Below, one piece after another: positions 1-7,858 of a DNA stretch of 64,000 bases. The notes beneath the pieces are model-generated. The model was given only the letters and a program-made list of their open reading frames with translations, was not told the origin of the DNA and ran no database searches. The stretch spans positions 7,587-71,586 of the forward strand of contig JAGNZR010000003.1 in assembly GCA_017984315.1 (NCBI GenBank), in the 5' to 3' direction. The stretch comes from Fusobacteriaceae bacterium (GTDB lineage: Bacteria > Fusobacteriota > Fusobacteriia > Fusobacteriales > Fusobacteriaceae). The stretch's first letter is position 1. Each line of letters starts with the position of its first letter. A program made the translations under genes and the position numbers.

Positions 1-689
1 TTAATTTTGACTTTACAACTCTTAATGAAGAGACAAGGATTAATATAAAAATGAATAATATCGGTACTGAAACTGAAATTGCTGGAAAATCACCTTTTAT
101 AACTGAAGCTCTATTAAAAGTTTTTTTAGAAAAATTTTCTAATTTAAAGTCTGGAGATATATTAGTATTATCAGGCTCTGTACCAGATTCACTTAATTCT
201 AATATCTATGCCAATATTATAGAGAACCTTCCTGAAGGGGTTAAAGTCATTCTAGATACAAGAGATAAGCCATTTGAAGAAGCTTTAAAAAAAGGGGTTT
301 TTCTTGTTAAACCTAATAAGAAAGAGTTACAAGAGTTCTTTAAAAAAGAGATATTAGGAGATAATGATCTTATAAAAGCTGGAAAAGAGTTACAAGATTT
401 GGGAGCTAAGAATGTTTTAATCTCCCTTGGTGGAGAGGGTTCTCTACTTATAACTGAAAAAAGTGTTTTAAGAGGAAAAGCCCCTAAAGGCACTGTAATT
501 AGCACTGTTGGTGCTGGGGATTCTATGGTTGCTGGAATTATTTACGGTTTATCTCAAAATAATTCTTTAGAAGATTCTCTAAAATATGGGATTGCCTCTG
601 GATCTTCAACTGCATTTTCCAAAGGAGTGACTACATTAGAAAAAATGAAAAATCTTTTGCCAAATATTGAAATAAGTCCTTTTAAATAA
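1..689 (+). CDS. fruK: 1-phosphofructokinase / PfkB-family sugar kinase, 5'-truncated by the window edge
   Basis: The reading frame is open from nt 3 (NFDFTTLNEETRINIKMNN...), so the ATG at 51 is internal. PfkB-family motifs are present: LVKPNKKEL and the C-terminal TVGAGDSMVAG. The sequence is colinear with FruK/LacC-type kinases. Confidence 0.75.
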   Translation, partial: NFDFTTLNEETRINIKMNNIGTETEIAGKSPFITEALLKVFLEKFSNLKSGDILVLSGSVPDSLNSNIYANIIENLPEGVKVILDTRDKPFEEALKKGVFLVKPNKKELQEFFKKEILGDNDLIKAGKELQDLGAKNVLISLGGEGSLLITEKSVLRGKAPKGTVISTVGAGDSMVAGIIYGLSQNNSLEDSLKYGIASGSSTAFSKGVTTLEKMKNLLPNIEISPFK

Positions 690-711
690 AAAAATATGAG
701 GAGAATCTATA

Positions 712-2067
712 ATGGAGAAAAAATATGATTTAATTATTATTGGTGGTGGAGCAGGTGGATTAACGGTTGCTTTAGGAGGTAATAAATTAAAGAAAAAGGT
801 TCTCTTAATAGAGAAAAAATTATTAGGTGGAGAGTGTACTTGGGGTGGTTGTATTCCATCAAAGTCCTTTATAAGTAACTCATATAAAATAAAAGATAAT
901 AAAACAATTTTTCAAATAGTGAAAAACTCTATAGAAAAAATTTATTCACATGAAACACCTGAAGTTTTAAGAGAACAAGGTATAGATGTAGAGATTGGAG
1001 AGGGTAAATTTATAGATAAAAAAAGAGTTGAAGTTAATGGGAAGATTTTTTATGGAGAAAAAATTATAATATCCACAGGAAGTTCACCAGCAATCCCTAA
1101 AATAAAAGGATTAGAAAATATTGGTTTTTTAACAAATGAAAATTTTTTCAAACAAGATCATATTCCTAAATCAATCACTTTTATAGGTGGGGGGATAATA
1201 TCTTTAGAATTAGCATTTCCTCTTGCACGTTTAGGTTCCAAAGTAACCATTTTAGAAAAAGGTGAGAAGATTTTATCTTTTGAAGAACCTGAAGTTTCAA
1301 AAACTATTGTGGATTCTCTTGAGAAAAATGGAATTGAATTGATTCTAAATGTAGGGATAGAAGAAATTTTAAAAAATGAAGATGAGATAGAAGTATTCTA
1401 TAAAGATGGTATAGAGAATAAAAAGGTTAAAAGTGAAAAAATATTTGTATCAGCAGGAAGAATTCCCAATACTCAAGGTTTAAATTTAGATGATGTTGGA
1501 ATAAAATATTCGTTGAAAGGGATAGAGACAGATAACAAATTAATGGCAGGAAAGAATATATATGCAATAGGTGACGCAGTTGGACCTTATAGATTCTCTC
1601 ATATTGCTGGTTATCATGGTGAAATAGTAATAGAAAATTTCATAAGACCTTTATTTAAGAAAAAAGTAGACTATAGCTCAGTACCATGGGTAACATTTAC
1701 CTCTCCAGAATATGCAAGAGTTGGGTTAACAGAAAAAGAAGTGAAAGAGAAATATGGAGAAAATTTAAAAATATATGCTTTGACTAAAGAAAATGATAGA
1801 TCAATAATTTCAGACGAAGAGTATTTCATGGTGAAAATTCTTTGCGTAAAAGGAAAGATTATAGGAGCCACGGTAATAGGGGATAGGGCTGGAGAAATTT
1901 TAAATATTATTCAAACGTTAAAAACTCAAAATATTACACTATATAAGTATAAAAATGGTCTTCAACCCTATCCCACTTATGGTGATATATTAAAAAGACT
2001 TGGAAAAGAAGCATATCTAGATTATTTAAGAAGCTTTCCATTAATAAAGTTGTTTATGAAGAAATAA
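712..2067 (+). CDS. class-I pyridine nucleotide-disulfide oxidoreductase (MerA/RclA/Lpd-like, no metal-binding extensions)
   Basis: GAGGAG RBS lies upstream. FAD fold IIIGGGAGG. Redox-active CxxxxC in GGECTWGGCIPSK. Second dinucleotide fold FIGGGIISLE. The C-terminal region reads PYPTYGD where lipoamide dehydrogenases carry the His-Glu dyad, so it is probably not a true Lpd. Confidence 0.8.
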   Translation: MEKKYDLIIIGGGAGGLTVALGGNKLKKKVLLIEKKLLGGECTWGGCIPSKSFISNSYKIKDNKTIFQIVKNSIEKIYSHETPEVLREQGIDVEIGEGKFIDKKRVEVNGKIFYGEKIIISTGSSPAIPKIKGLENIGFLTNENFFKQDHIPKSITFIGGGIISLELAFPLARLGSKVTILEKGEKILSFEEPEVSKTIVDSLEKNGIELILNVGIEEILKNEDEIEVFYKDGIENKKVKSEKIFVSAGRIPNTQGLNLDDVGIKYSLKGIETDNKLMAGKNIYAIGDAVGPYRFSHIAGYHGEIVIENFIRPLFKKKVDYSSVPWVTFTSPEYARVGLTEKEVKEKYGENLKIYALTKENDRSIISDEEYFMVKILCVKGKIIGATVIGDRAGEILNIIQTLKTQNITLYKYKNGLQPYPTYGDILKRLGKEAYLDYLRSFPLIKLFMKK

Positions 2068-2125
2068 TTTTAAAATAAATAAGTGGAAAATAGTATTACA
2101 AAAAATAAATTTAGGAGGTTATTTT

Positions 2126-2668
2126 ATGAATATTTTAGCAGTATTAGGAAGTCCAAGAGTTAATGGAAATACAGAGAGTATTTTAGATGTTTTTTTGAAT
2201 GGAGCAAAAGAGAGTAACTCTCTTTTGCAGGTAAAGAAGATAAATGTTGCCAAAATGAATATAAAACCTTGTGTAGCATGTGAAAAATGTGCACCTATAG
2301 GTGAAAGATGTGTAATTCAAGATGACATGCAGGGACTATATGATGAGATAGTTAAAGCAGACACTATAATTATTGCTTCTCCTGTTTATTGGTGGCATAT
2401 AACAGCCCAAATGAAAACTTTTATAGACAGGTTTTATGGATTAGATTATTATCTGTTTGAAAATAAAAAAATGATTTTTCTGAGTACTCATGGAGGGAGT
2501 GTTGAAGATTCAGGAGTAAAAATAGCTGAAAAGAGTCTAAAAGATATGTGTGAATTCACAAAAATGAATTTTTTATATAGATATAGTGTTGAAAGCTCAA
2601 AGTTAACTAGAGATGAAAAAGAAAAAATTTTTAATGAGGTTTATGATTTAGGTAAAAATTTAAAATAA
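2126..2668 (+). CDS. iron-sulfur flavoprotein / NADPH-dependent FMN reductase family
   Basis: AGGAGG RBS. Flavodoxin-like N-terminus ILAVLGSPRVNGNT. Compact CX2CX2CX6C cluster motif (CVACEKCAPIGERC), typical of Isf-type proteins. Confidence 0.75.
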   Translation: MNILAVLGSPRVNGNTESILDVFLNGAKESNSLLQVKKINVAKMNIKPCVACEKCAPIGERCVIQDDMQGLYDEIVKADTIIIASPVYWWHITAQMKTFIDRFYGLDYYLFENKKMIFLSTHGGSVEDSGVKIAEKSLKDMCEFTKMNFLYRYSVESSKLTRDEKEKIFNEVYDLGKNLK

Positions 2669-2685
2669 TATACTACTGGATTAAT

Positions 2686-2725
2686 AAAAAGCTGGTATTT
2701 AAATTATTTAAATATCAGCTTTTTA
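2686..2725. terminator. bidirectional Rho-independent terminator between the convergent Isf-like and TetR genes
   Basis: GCTGGTATTTAAA (2691-2703) pairs with TTTAAATATCAGC (2707-2719) with one G-T wobble. An A-run precedes it and a T-run follows. Confidence 0.75.
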
Positions 2726-2730
2726 TAAAA

Positions 2731-3354
2731 TTACTCTTTAATAAGATTTTTAAAGAAAAGTTCATAAAATAGTTCAATCTCTTTTTTAATATCTAATTGA
2801 TTATATTTTTCAATTAGGAGGTTATAGCTATTTTCATCATCAGCTTTGACCCCTATTTTATCAATTAAAAAATTAAGATGCTTTTTTAAAGCTGCATTTA
2901 TAATATAACCGAGCTTTGGAATATCATCATGATACTCCTCTTTTATATTTTCAATATTTTGTAATAAAAAGGTAATAAGAAGTTTATCATTATTAGCAAA
3001 ATCATCACATAAAAGGTGTGCCTCTTCATTTTCGGAAACTTTTGCAAATAAAAACAGATAATGTCTATCTTTCTCAAGAAGTAAACGTCTAGAGATAATT
3101 TTTTTTATTTTTGTATTGAAATCATCTTTTGAATCAGCTAATTGTGATAGAAAAAACTGTCTATTTTCTAATGCTTCATTAAAAATATCTTTTAAAAGCT
3201 CCTCTTTGCTACTATAGTAATAATAGATCCCTCCAAGTGCAATTCCGATAAATTTAGAAATATCTCTTATAGTTGTATTTTTAATCCCTTTTTCAGCAAA
3301 AAGTATAGTTGCTAATTTTTTTATTCTATCTTTTTTTTCCAATCTTTCATTCAT
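2731..3354 (-). CDS. TetR/AcrR family transcriptional regulator
   Basis: N-terminal HTH LFAEKGIKNTTIRDISKFIGIALGGIYYYYSSKEEL. I prefer the ATG at 3354 (MNERLEKK) over the TTG at 3378 given in the ORF track. The start is uncertain. Confidence 0.8.
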   Translation of the reverse strand: MNERLEKKDRIKKLATILFAEKGIKNTTIRDISKFIGIALGGIYYYYSSKEELLKDIFNEALENRQFFLSQLADSKDDFNTKIKKIISRRLLLEKDRHYLFLFAKVSENEEAHLLCDDFANNDKLLITFLLQNIENIKEEYHDDIPKLGYIINAALKKHLNFLIDKIGVKADDENSYNLLIEKYNQLDIKKEIELFYELFFKNLIKE

Positions 3355-3485
3355 GGCTAAATCACTACCTTTATTCAAAATAAGAATACTTTAATGAAAA
3401 AATTATACAATAGATTGTTTTGTTTTGCATAGAAAAATATATGTTTTCAGTGTTTATTAAAAAATAAAAAAATCCAAAAATCAAT

Positions 3486-3501
3486 TTGAACAAATGTTCA
3501 A
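3486..3501. promoter_or_regulatory. perfect 7-2-7 palindrome TTGAACA-AA-TGTTCAA, candidate TetR operator
   Basis: Seen directly in the sequence. It lies in the divergent TetR/YeiH intergenic region, 8 nt upstream of a TTGACA -35 box. Confidence 0.5.
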
Positions 3502-3508
3502 AAAAATA

Positions 3509-3537
3509 TTGACATAGTTTTTATAAAATGTTAATTT
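3509..3537 (+). promoter_or_regulatory. sigma70-like promoter for the yeiH-like gene
   Basis: TTGACA (3509-3514), 17-nt spacer, extended -10 TGtTAATTT (3529-3537). Confidence 0.5.
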
Positions 3538-3596
3538 ATAATAAAGGTTTACTAAATGTAAGATAAATAACATATTAAATTAGCATTGAGGTAGTT

Positions 3597-4589
3597 ATGA
3601 AAACAAAAATTTATAAAATTTTGCCAGGAGTATTAATATCATTTATTGTGTATTTTTTTTCAGAGATTCTTTCTATTTATTTTAAAACTTTAGGGAGTCC
3701 TTCCATTGCAATATTAGTTGGTTTAATAGTTGGAAATTTGCTATTTTCTAATAAAAAATATGAGGACGGCACTAAATTTTGTGAGACAAAACTATTAGAA
3801 TACTCTATTTTTCTTTTAGGGGCAAGTCTTACATTTCAAACAATATTAGAACTGAAGCTAAAAGGTGTAATTTTCATTTTAATATTAATGTTTTTAACGA
3901 TAAAATTTACTTATTATATATGCCAAAAAGCTGGGTTTTCAAAAAAATTTAGTCTACTCATGGGAGCAGGAAACGCTATTTGCGGTTCATCGGCAATAGG
4001 AGCTTCTTCAAAAGTCCTAAAAAGTAATTCTTCAGAAACAGGGATTGCAATAACAATGGTAAATGTGACAGGAACTATTTTGATGTTTATCCTTCCACTT
4101 GTAGTAGTTCCACTTTTTTTTAAAGGGGATATATTTTTAAGTTCTGCACTTATTGGGGGGGTTTTACAGTCAGTTGGTCAAGTAGTTGGTGGAGCTGCAA
4201 TGTTAAATGATGATGTAGTGAAACTTGCAACTATTTTCAAAATTTTTAGAATAATTATGCTTACTTTTGTGCTATTGGTATTTTCAAGGTTTAGTGATGA
4301 TGGATTAGAAGATAAAAAAAATAAGGTAAAAATAACAGTTCCATGGTATATAAAAGGGTTCTTTTTTATGTGTGTATTGGCCTCTTTAAATATAATTCCT
4401 GAGTGGGTATTATTTTATACAAAAAAATTGAGTAAAAGTTTTGAAGTAATTGCTTTAGCAGCAATAGGTCTTAGAGTAAAATATGAAACAATAAGATCAG
4501 AAGGGTTAAAATCATTATTAATTGGGCTAATAATAGGGTTGTTTCAATGTGTAACAGCAGTAACACTTATAAAAATTTTATTTAGTTAA
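3597..4589 (+). CDS. YeiH/UPF0324 family integral membrane protein (putative sulfate/organosulfur exporter family)
   Basis: GAGGT RBS. A polytopic hydrophobic protein of 330 aa with family-typical segments GAGNAICGSSAI and GGVLQSVGQVVGG. Confidence 0.75.
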   Translation: MKTKIYKILPGVLISFIVYFFSEILSIYFKTLGSPSIAILVGLIVGNLLFSNKKYEDGTKFCETKLLEYSIFLLGASLTFQTILELKLKGVIFILILMFLTIKFTYYICQKAGFSKKFSLLMGAGNAICGSSAIGASSKVLKSNSSETGIAITMVNVTGTILMFILPLVVVPLFFKGDIFLSSALIGGVLQSVGQVVGGAAMLNDDVVKLATIFKIFRIIMLTFVLLVFSRFSDDGLEDKKNKVKITVPWYIKGFFFMCVLASLNIIPEWVLFYTKKLSKSFEVIALAAIGLRVKYETIRSEGLKSLLIGLIIGLFQCVTAVTLIKILFS

Positions 4590-4611
4590 CAAGTTATTAG
4601 TGGAAATTATT

Positions 4612-5118
4612 TTATATATGAGCTTTTTCTTTGAACCACTTAATTGTTTCCTCTTCAGATCCCTTAGGAAGAATATTTCCAAAAACTTCATCATATAACC
4701 AACCTATTGTTTTTTTAGAAAGATATTTTTTCATTTCATTTTCCCCTTCTAACATAACTTTTTTTATTGTGCACGGACACTTAGTATGAGTGTCAGGAAG
4801 ATTATTAGGGTCAAGTAAAATAGTCTTTTGTCTAATCTCATCACAGTGAAAAAATGTTTCTTTTCCTTCAACTGCTTCTACAACATTCCAAAATGAAATT
4901 TCATAAGCATCCTTTGCAAGTTCATATCCACCTTTTACACCAGGAACAGATTTTATTATTTCTGCTTTTCTAAGTTTTGTGAATACTTTTGAAAGATATG
5001 ATTCTGAAATCCCTTGAAATTCAGCCAACTCTTTAATTCCAATCATCTGTTCATCTTTTAATTTAACCATATATAATAAACAATGCAAGGCATATTCTAC
5101 CCCTACTGAAAATTTCAT
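4612..5118 (-). CDS. Rrf2 family transcriptional regulator with C-terminal extension
   Basis: GGAGGG RBS lies 8 nt before the ATG at 5118 (MKFSVGVEYALHCLLYM...). Rrf2 wHTH region ELAEFQGISESYLSKVFTKLRKAEIIKSVPGVKGGYEL. Cys pattern is CX21CXC. Confidence 0.85.
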   Translation of the reverse strand: MKFSVGVEYALHCLLYMVKLKDEQMIGIKELAEFQGISESYLSKVFTKLRKAEIIKSVPGVKGGYELAKDAYEISFWNVVEAVEGKETFFHCDEIRQKTILLDPNNLPDTHTKCPCTIKKVMLEGENEMKKYLSKKTIGWLYDEVFGNILPKGSEEETIKWFKEKAHI

Positions 5119-5234
5119 AATAATTCCCTCCATACTGTATTATTAGTTGCTTTTTAATTGTATGCTATATTTTATCAATAAAAACCATAACTATCAAGTT
5201 ATGGTTTTTTGTTTTGCTAATTAATTTTTTTATG

Positions 5235-5263
5235 TTGACAAAAGAAAAATTTTATCGTAATAT
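5235..5263 (+). promoter_or_regulatory. sigma70-like promoter for the PNPOx-like gene
   Basis: TTGACA (5235-5240), 17-nt spacer, TAATAT (5258-5263). Confidence 0.55.
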
Positions 5264-5291
5264 AATTATAGATAATAATTGTCTATAATTA
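5263..5291. promoter_or_regulatory. 10-bp perfect inverted repeat TAATTATAGA-N9-TCTATAATTA, candidate Rrf2 operator
   Basis: Seen directly in the sequence. It starts at the last base of the -10 box and covers the expected transcription start of the PNPOx-like gene, which is divergent from the Rrf2 gene. Confidence 0.45.
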
Positions 5292-5311
5292 AAAAGTGGG
5301 AGGGTTTTAAT

Positions 5312-5686
5312 ATGTTTTTTAATGAAAAATTTTTAGATGTTATAAATCATAAAGGTGTAGTTTCAATTGTTACTTGTGGAGATGGAGAAGCTCATGTATC
5401 AAATACATGGAATGATTACCTTACTATTGTAGATGAAAATAAAATTTTAATTCCAGCTGCGGGAATGATGAAAACAGAAAGATATACAAAAGAGAATCCA
5501 TTAGTTAAGTTAACTATTGGGAGTCATGAAGTTATGGGGTATATGTATATGGGAACAGGATTTTACGTAGAGGGAAATGCCAAATTTTTAAGAGAAGGGG
5601 CAGACTTTGATATGATGAAAGAAAAGTATCCTTTCTTATCAAGAGTTTTAGAAGTAACAGTAACATCATATAAACAAACACTTTAA
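5312..5686 (+). CDS. pyridoxamine 5'-phosphate oxidase-like / FMN-binding split-barrel family protein
   Basis: GGGAGGG RBS lies 7 nt before the ATG at 5312. The ~124-aa small beta-barrel-type sequence (VVSIVTCGDGEAHVSNTW...) is typical of the PNPOx-like family. The TTG at 5279 in the ORF track lacks an RBS. Confidence 0.65.
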   Translation: MFFNEKFLDVINHKGVVSIVTCGDGEAHVSNTWNDYLTIVDENKILIPAAGMMKTERYTKENPLVKLTIGSHEVMGYMYMGTGFYVEGNAKFLREGADFDMMKEKYPFLSRVLEVTVTSYKQTL

Positions 5687-5763
5687 TTTATGCTCTTAAT
5701 GATTAAGAAATAAGCGTAGTTAATCGATAATTGCCCTTAGTACTATTTTATAGATAAAAATTT

Positions 5764-5807
5764 AAAAGGATGACAAAAAAATTAAATTTTTTCGTCATCC
5801 TTTTTTT
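5764..5807. terminator. bidirectional terminator between the convergent PNPOx-like and flavoprotein reductase genes
   Basis: AGGATGAC (5767-5774) pairs with GTCATCCT (5794-5801). It is flanked by A-runs and T-runs. Confidence 0.75.
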
Positions 5808-5849
5808 ACTTTATATTAAACACTATTTAAGTATAAACTTTATAAGTTT

Positions 5850-7556
5850 CTATTTTTTAGAATATTCAAAGGCTGAATCTCCAGTGATTCTTCCAAAAAC
5901 GATAATATCTGAAAGAGCATTTCCACCTAGTCTATTGGCTCCGTGGACTCCACCAGTTACCTCTCCTGCTGCAAATAATCCAGACACAATAATTCCATCA
6001 TTGTTATAAACTTCAGTTTTTTCATTTATTTTAATTCCACCCATTGTATGATGAACAGCTGGAGCAATTTCTACTGCATAAAAAGGACCAGTTTGTATTT
6101 TTCTTATTAAACTCTCTCTATTAAATTCTGCATCTTTATTTTCAGACACATATTTATTATATTTTGATAAAGAAGCTTTTAAATTATCTTTTGGAATATT
6201 TAAGTTTTTAGACAACTCATCTATAGTTCTACCTTCTACTATAATTCCCATTTTTATATACTCTTCAATAGCTTTTAAACTCTCTCTAATCCCTTGATCA
6301 AATACGAGATATGAAGTTTTACCCTCTTGATCTAATATAGCTTTAGAAACAACATCTCTAGTCTCAAGTTCGTTTATAAATCTTTGTCCATCTCTATTAA
6401 TTAAAATTGCACCGTTTCCTCTTACAGCTTCTGATATCATAGTCTTATTAGAGGGAACAACAGTTGGATGAGTCTGTATTTCATTCATATCCACTAATGC
6501 CACATTATATTTTTCTACAAGTTCTATAGCATCTCCTGTTGCACCAGGGTGATTAGTTGATACAAACCCTTTTAAGTCGGGATTTAAAGTTGAAAATAAT
6601 TTTGAGTTGTTTCCAAAACCACCTGTTGCCAAAATAACAGCTTTTGCTTTTATTTTGTATTTTTGTCCATTTGTTTCAGCAATTATCCCATCTATTTTTC
6701 CACCATCAGATGTAATAGAAACTGCAGCTGTCATAACTCTTGTATCTATGTCAAGGTTTTCAGCTTTGTTAGCAAGAGATTCTACTATATTAGGGCCAAC
6801 TTTCTCCCCACCTTCAGGTCTATGGGCACGATCTTCACTGGCTCCCCCTAGTCTTCCTACATCTGTTAAGTCAGCACCTCTTTCCACAAGCCAGTCAATT
6901 GCTTCAGCAGATTTTTCAACAAGTGTTTTAACTAAAATTGGATTATTTTTATATTTTCCACCTTTCATTGTATCATTATAAAAAAGTTCGTTACTGTCGT
7001 TATTTTTTTGAAATTTAGAGTTTGAAGCATTAATTCCCCCAGTGGCATAATTAGTATTTCCACCAAGAATAGGCATTTTTTCAACTAAAATTACATTAGC
7101 ACCTTTCTCTTTAGCTTCAATAGCAGCAGCAAGTCCAGCACCTCCACCACCAACAATTACAATATCAGTTGTCTCATCTTTAACTTCATTAACTGAAGCA
7201 ACTCTATCTATTTTTTTCAGTTTTACTCCGCTTGCTTGAACAGCCATAGCAACGGCACTTTTTAGTCCATTACTAGAGTGGGTAGCTCCTGCTATTCCAT
7301 CGACTTCAAGATCTTGAGTCTCTTTAATAGTCTTTATTAAATTATTAAAAGCAACTTCTGCCATCTTAGGAGTATCAGAGTATCCGGTAACTTTGATATC
7401 CTGAATTTTATCATCTTTAATAAATACGGCTACTTTTACCTCTCCTAAAAACCCTTTAGAATACCCTTCAAATATTTTAGGAGCAGTAAAAAAGAAATAA
7501 CCTCCTAAAATAAAAAGCAGTCCTAAGAGAAACTTTAACTTTGTTTCATTTTTCAT
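5850..7556 (-). CDS. exported FMN_bind + FAD-dependent fumarate/urocanate-reductase-family flavoprotein
   Basis: N-terminal hydrophobic anchor/signal KLKFLLGLLFILGGYFFF. FMN_bind domain with DGIAGATHSS. FAD fold IVIVGGGGAGLAAAIEAKEKGANVILVEK. C-terminal FAAGEVTGGVHGANRLGGNAL, typical of flavocytochrome-c/FrdA-type reductases. Confidence 0.85.
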   Translation of the reverse strand: MKNETKLKFLLGLLFILGGYFFFTAPKIFEGYSKGFLGEVKVAVFIKDDKIQDIKVTGYSDTPKMAEVAFNNLIKTIKETQDLEVDGIAGATHSSNGLKSAVAMAVQASGVKLKKIDRVASVNEVKDETTDIVIVGGGGAGLAAAIEAKEKGANVILVEKMPILGGNTNYATGGINASNSKFQKNNDSNELFYNDTMKGGKYKNNPILVKTLVEKSAEAIDWLVERGADLTDVGRLGGASEDRAHRPEGGEKVGPNIVESLANKAENLDIDTRVMTAAVSITSDGGKIDGIIAETNGQKYKIKAKAVILATGGFGNNSKLFSTLNPDLKGFVSTNHPGATGDAIELVEKYNVALVDMNEIQTHPTVVPSNKTMISEAVRGNGAILINRDGQRFINELETRDVVSKAILDQEGKTSYLVFDQGIRESLKAIEEYIKMGIIVEGRTIDELSKNLNIPKDNLKASLSKYNKYVSENKDAEFNRESLIRKIQTGPFYAVEIAPAVHHTMGGIKINEKTEVYNNDGIIVSGLFAAGEVTGGVHGANRLGGNALSDIIVFGRITGDSAFEYSKK

Positions 7557-7858
7557 AAATTTCTACCTCACCAGTTTTTTTATATTATAAATCAAAATTT
7601 TCCAAAAAAGTGTACACTCAATTATACAGCATTAGTAGCAAAAAATATAGAGAAAAAATATAAAAATTGAATTGAAATAGAGATAATTTTTAGAAACAAT
7701 AATTTTTCAAGTATGCAGATTTTTATGCTGCTTGACACAGTTTATAGATAAAATTTTTGATATTAATAAACATAGACAGAAGTGAACTATTGTTATAAAA
7801 TAAAAACAGGAAAATCAATGTAGTAGAATAAAAAATATTAAGAGTTTTAGGAGAAATA

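Noticed and set aside
5770-6009. 79-aa plus-strand ORF starting in the terminator after the PNPOx-like gene
   Set aside because: It begins inside the terminator hairpin, overlaps the 3' end of the flavoprotein reductase gene on the opposite strand, and has no RBS.
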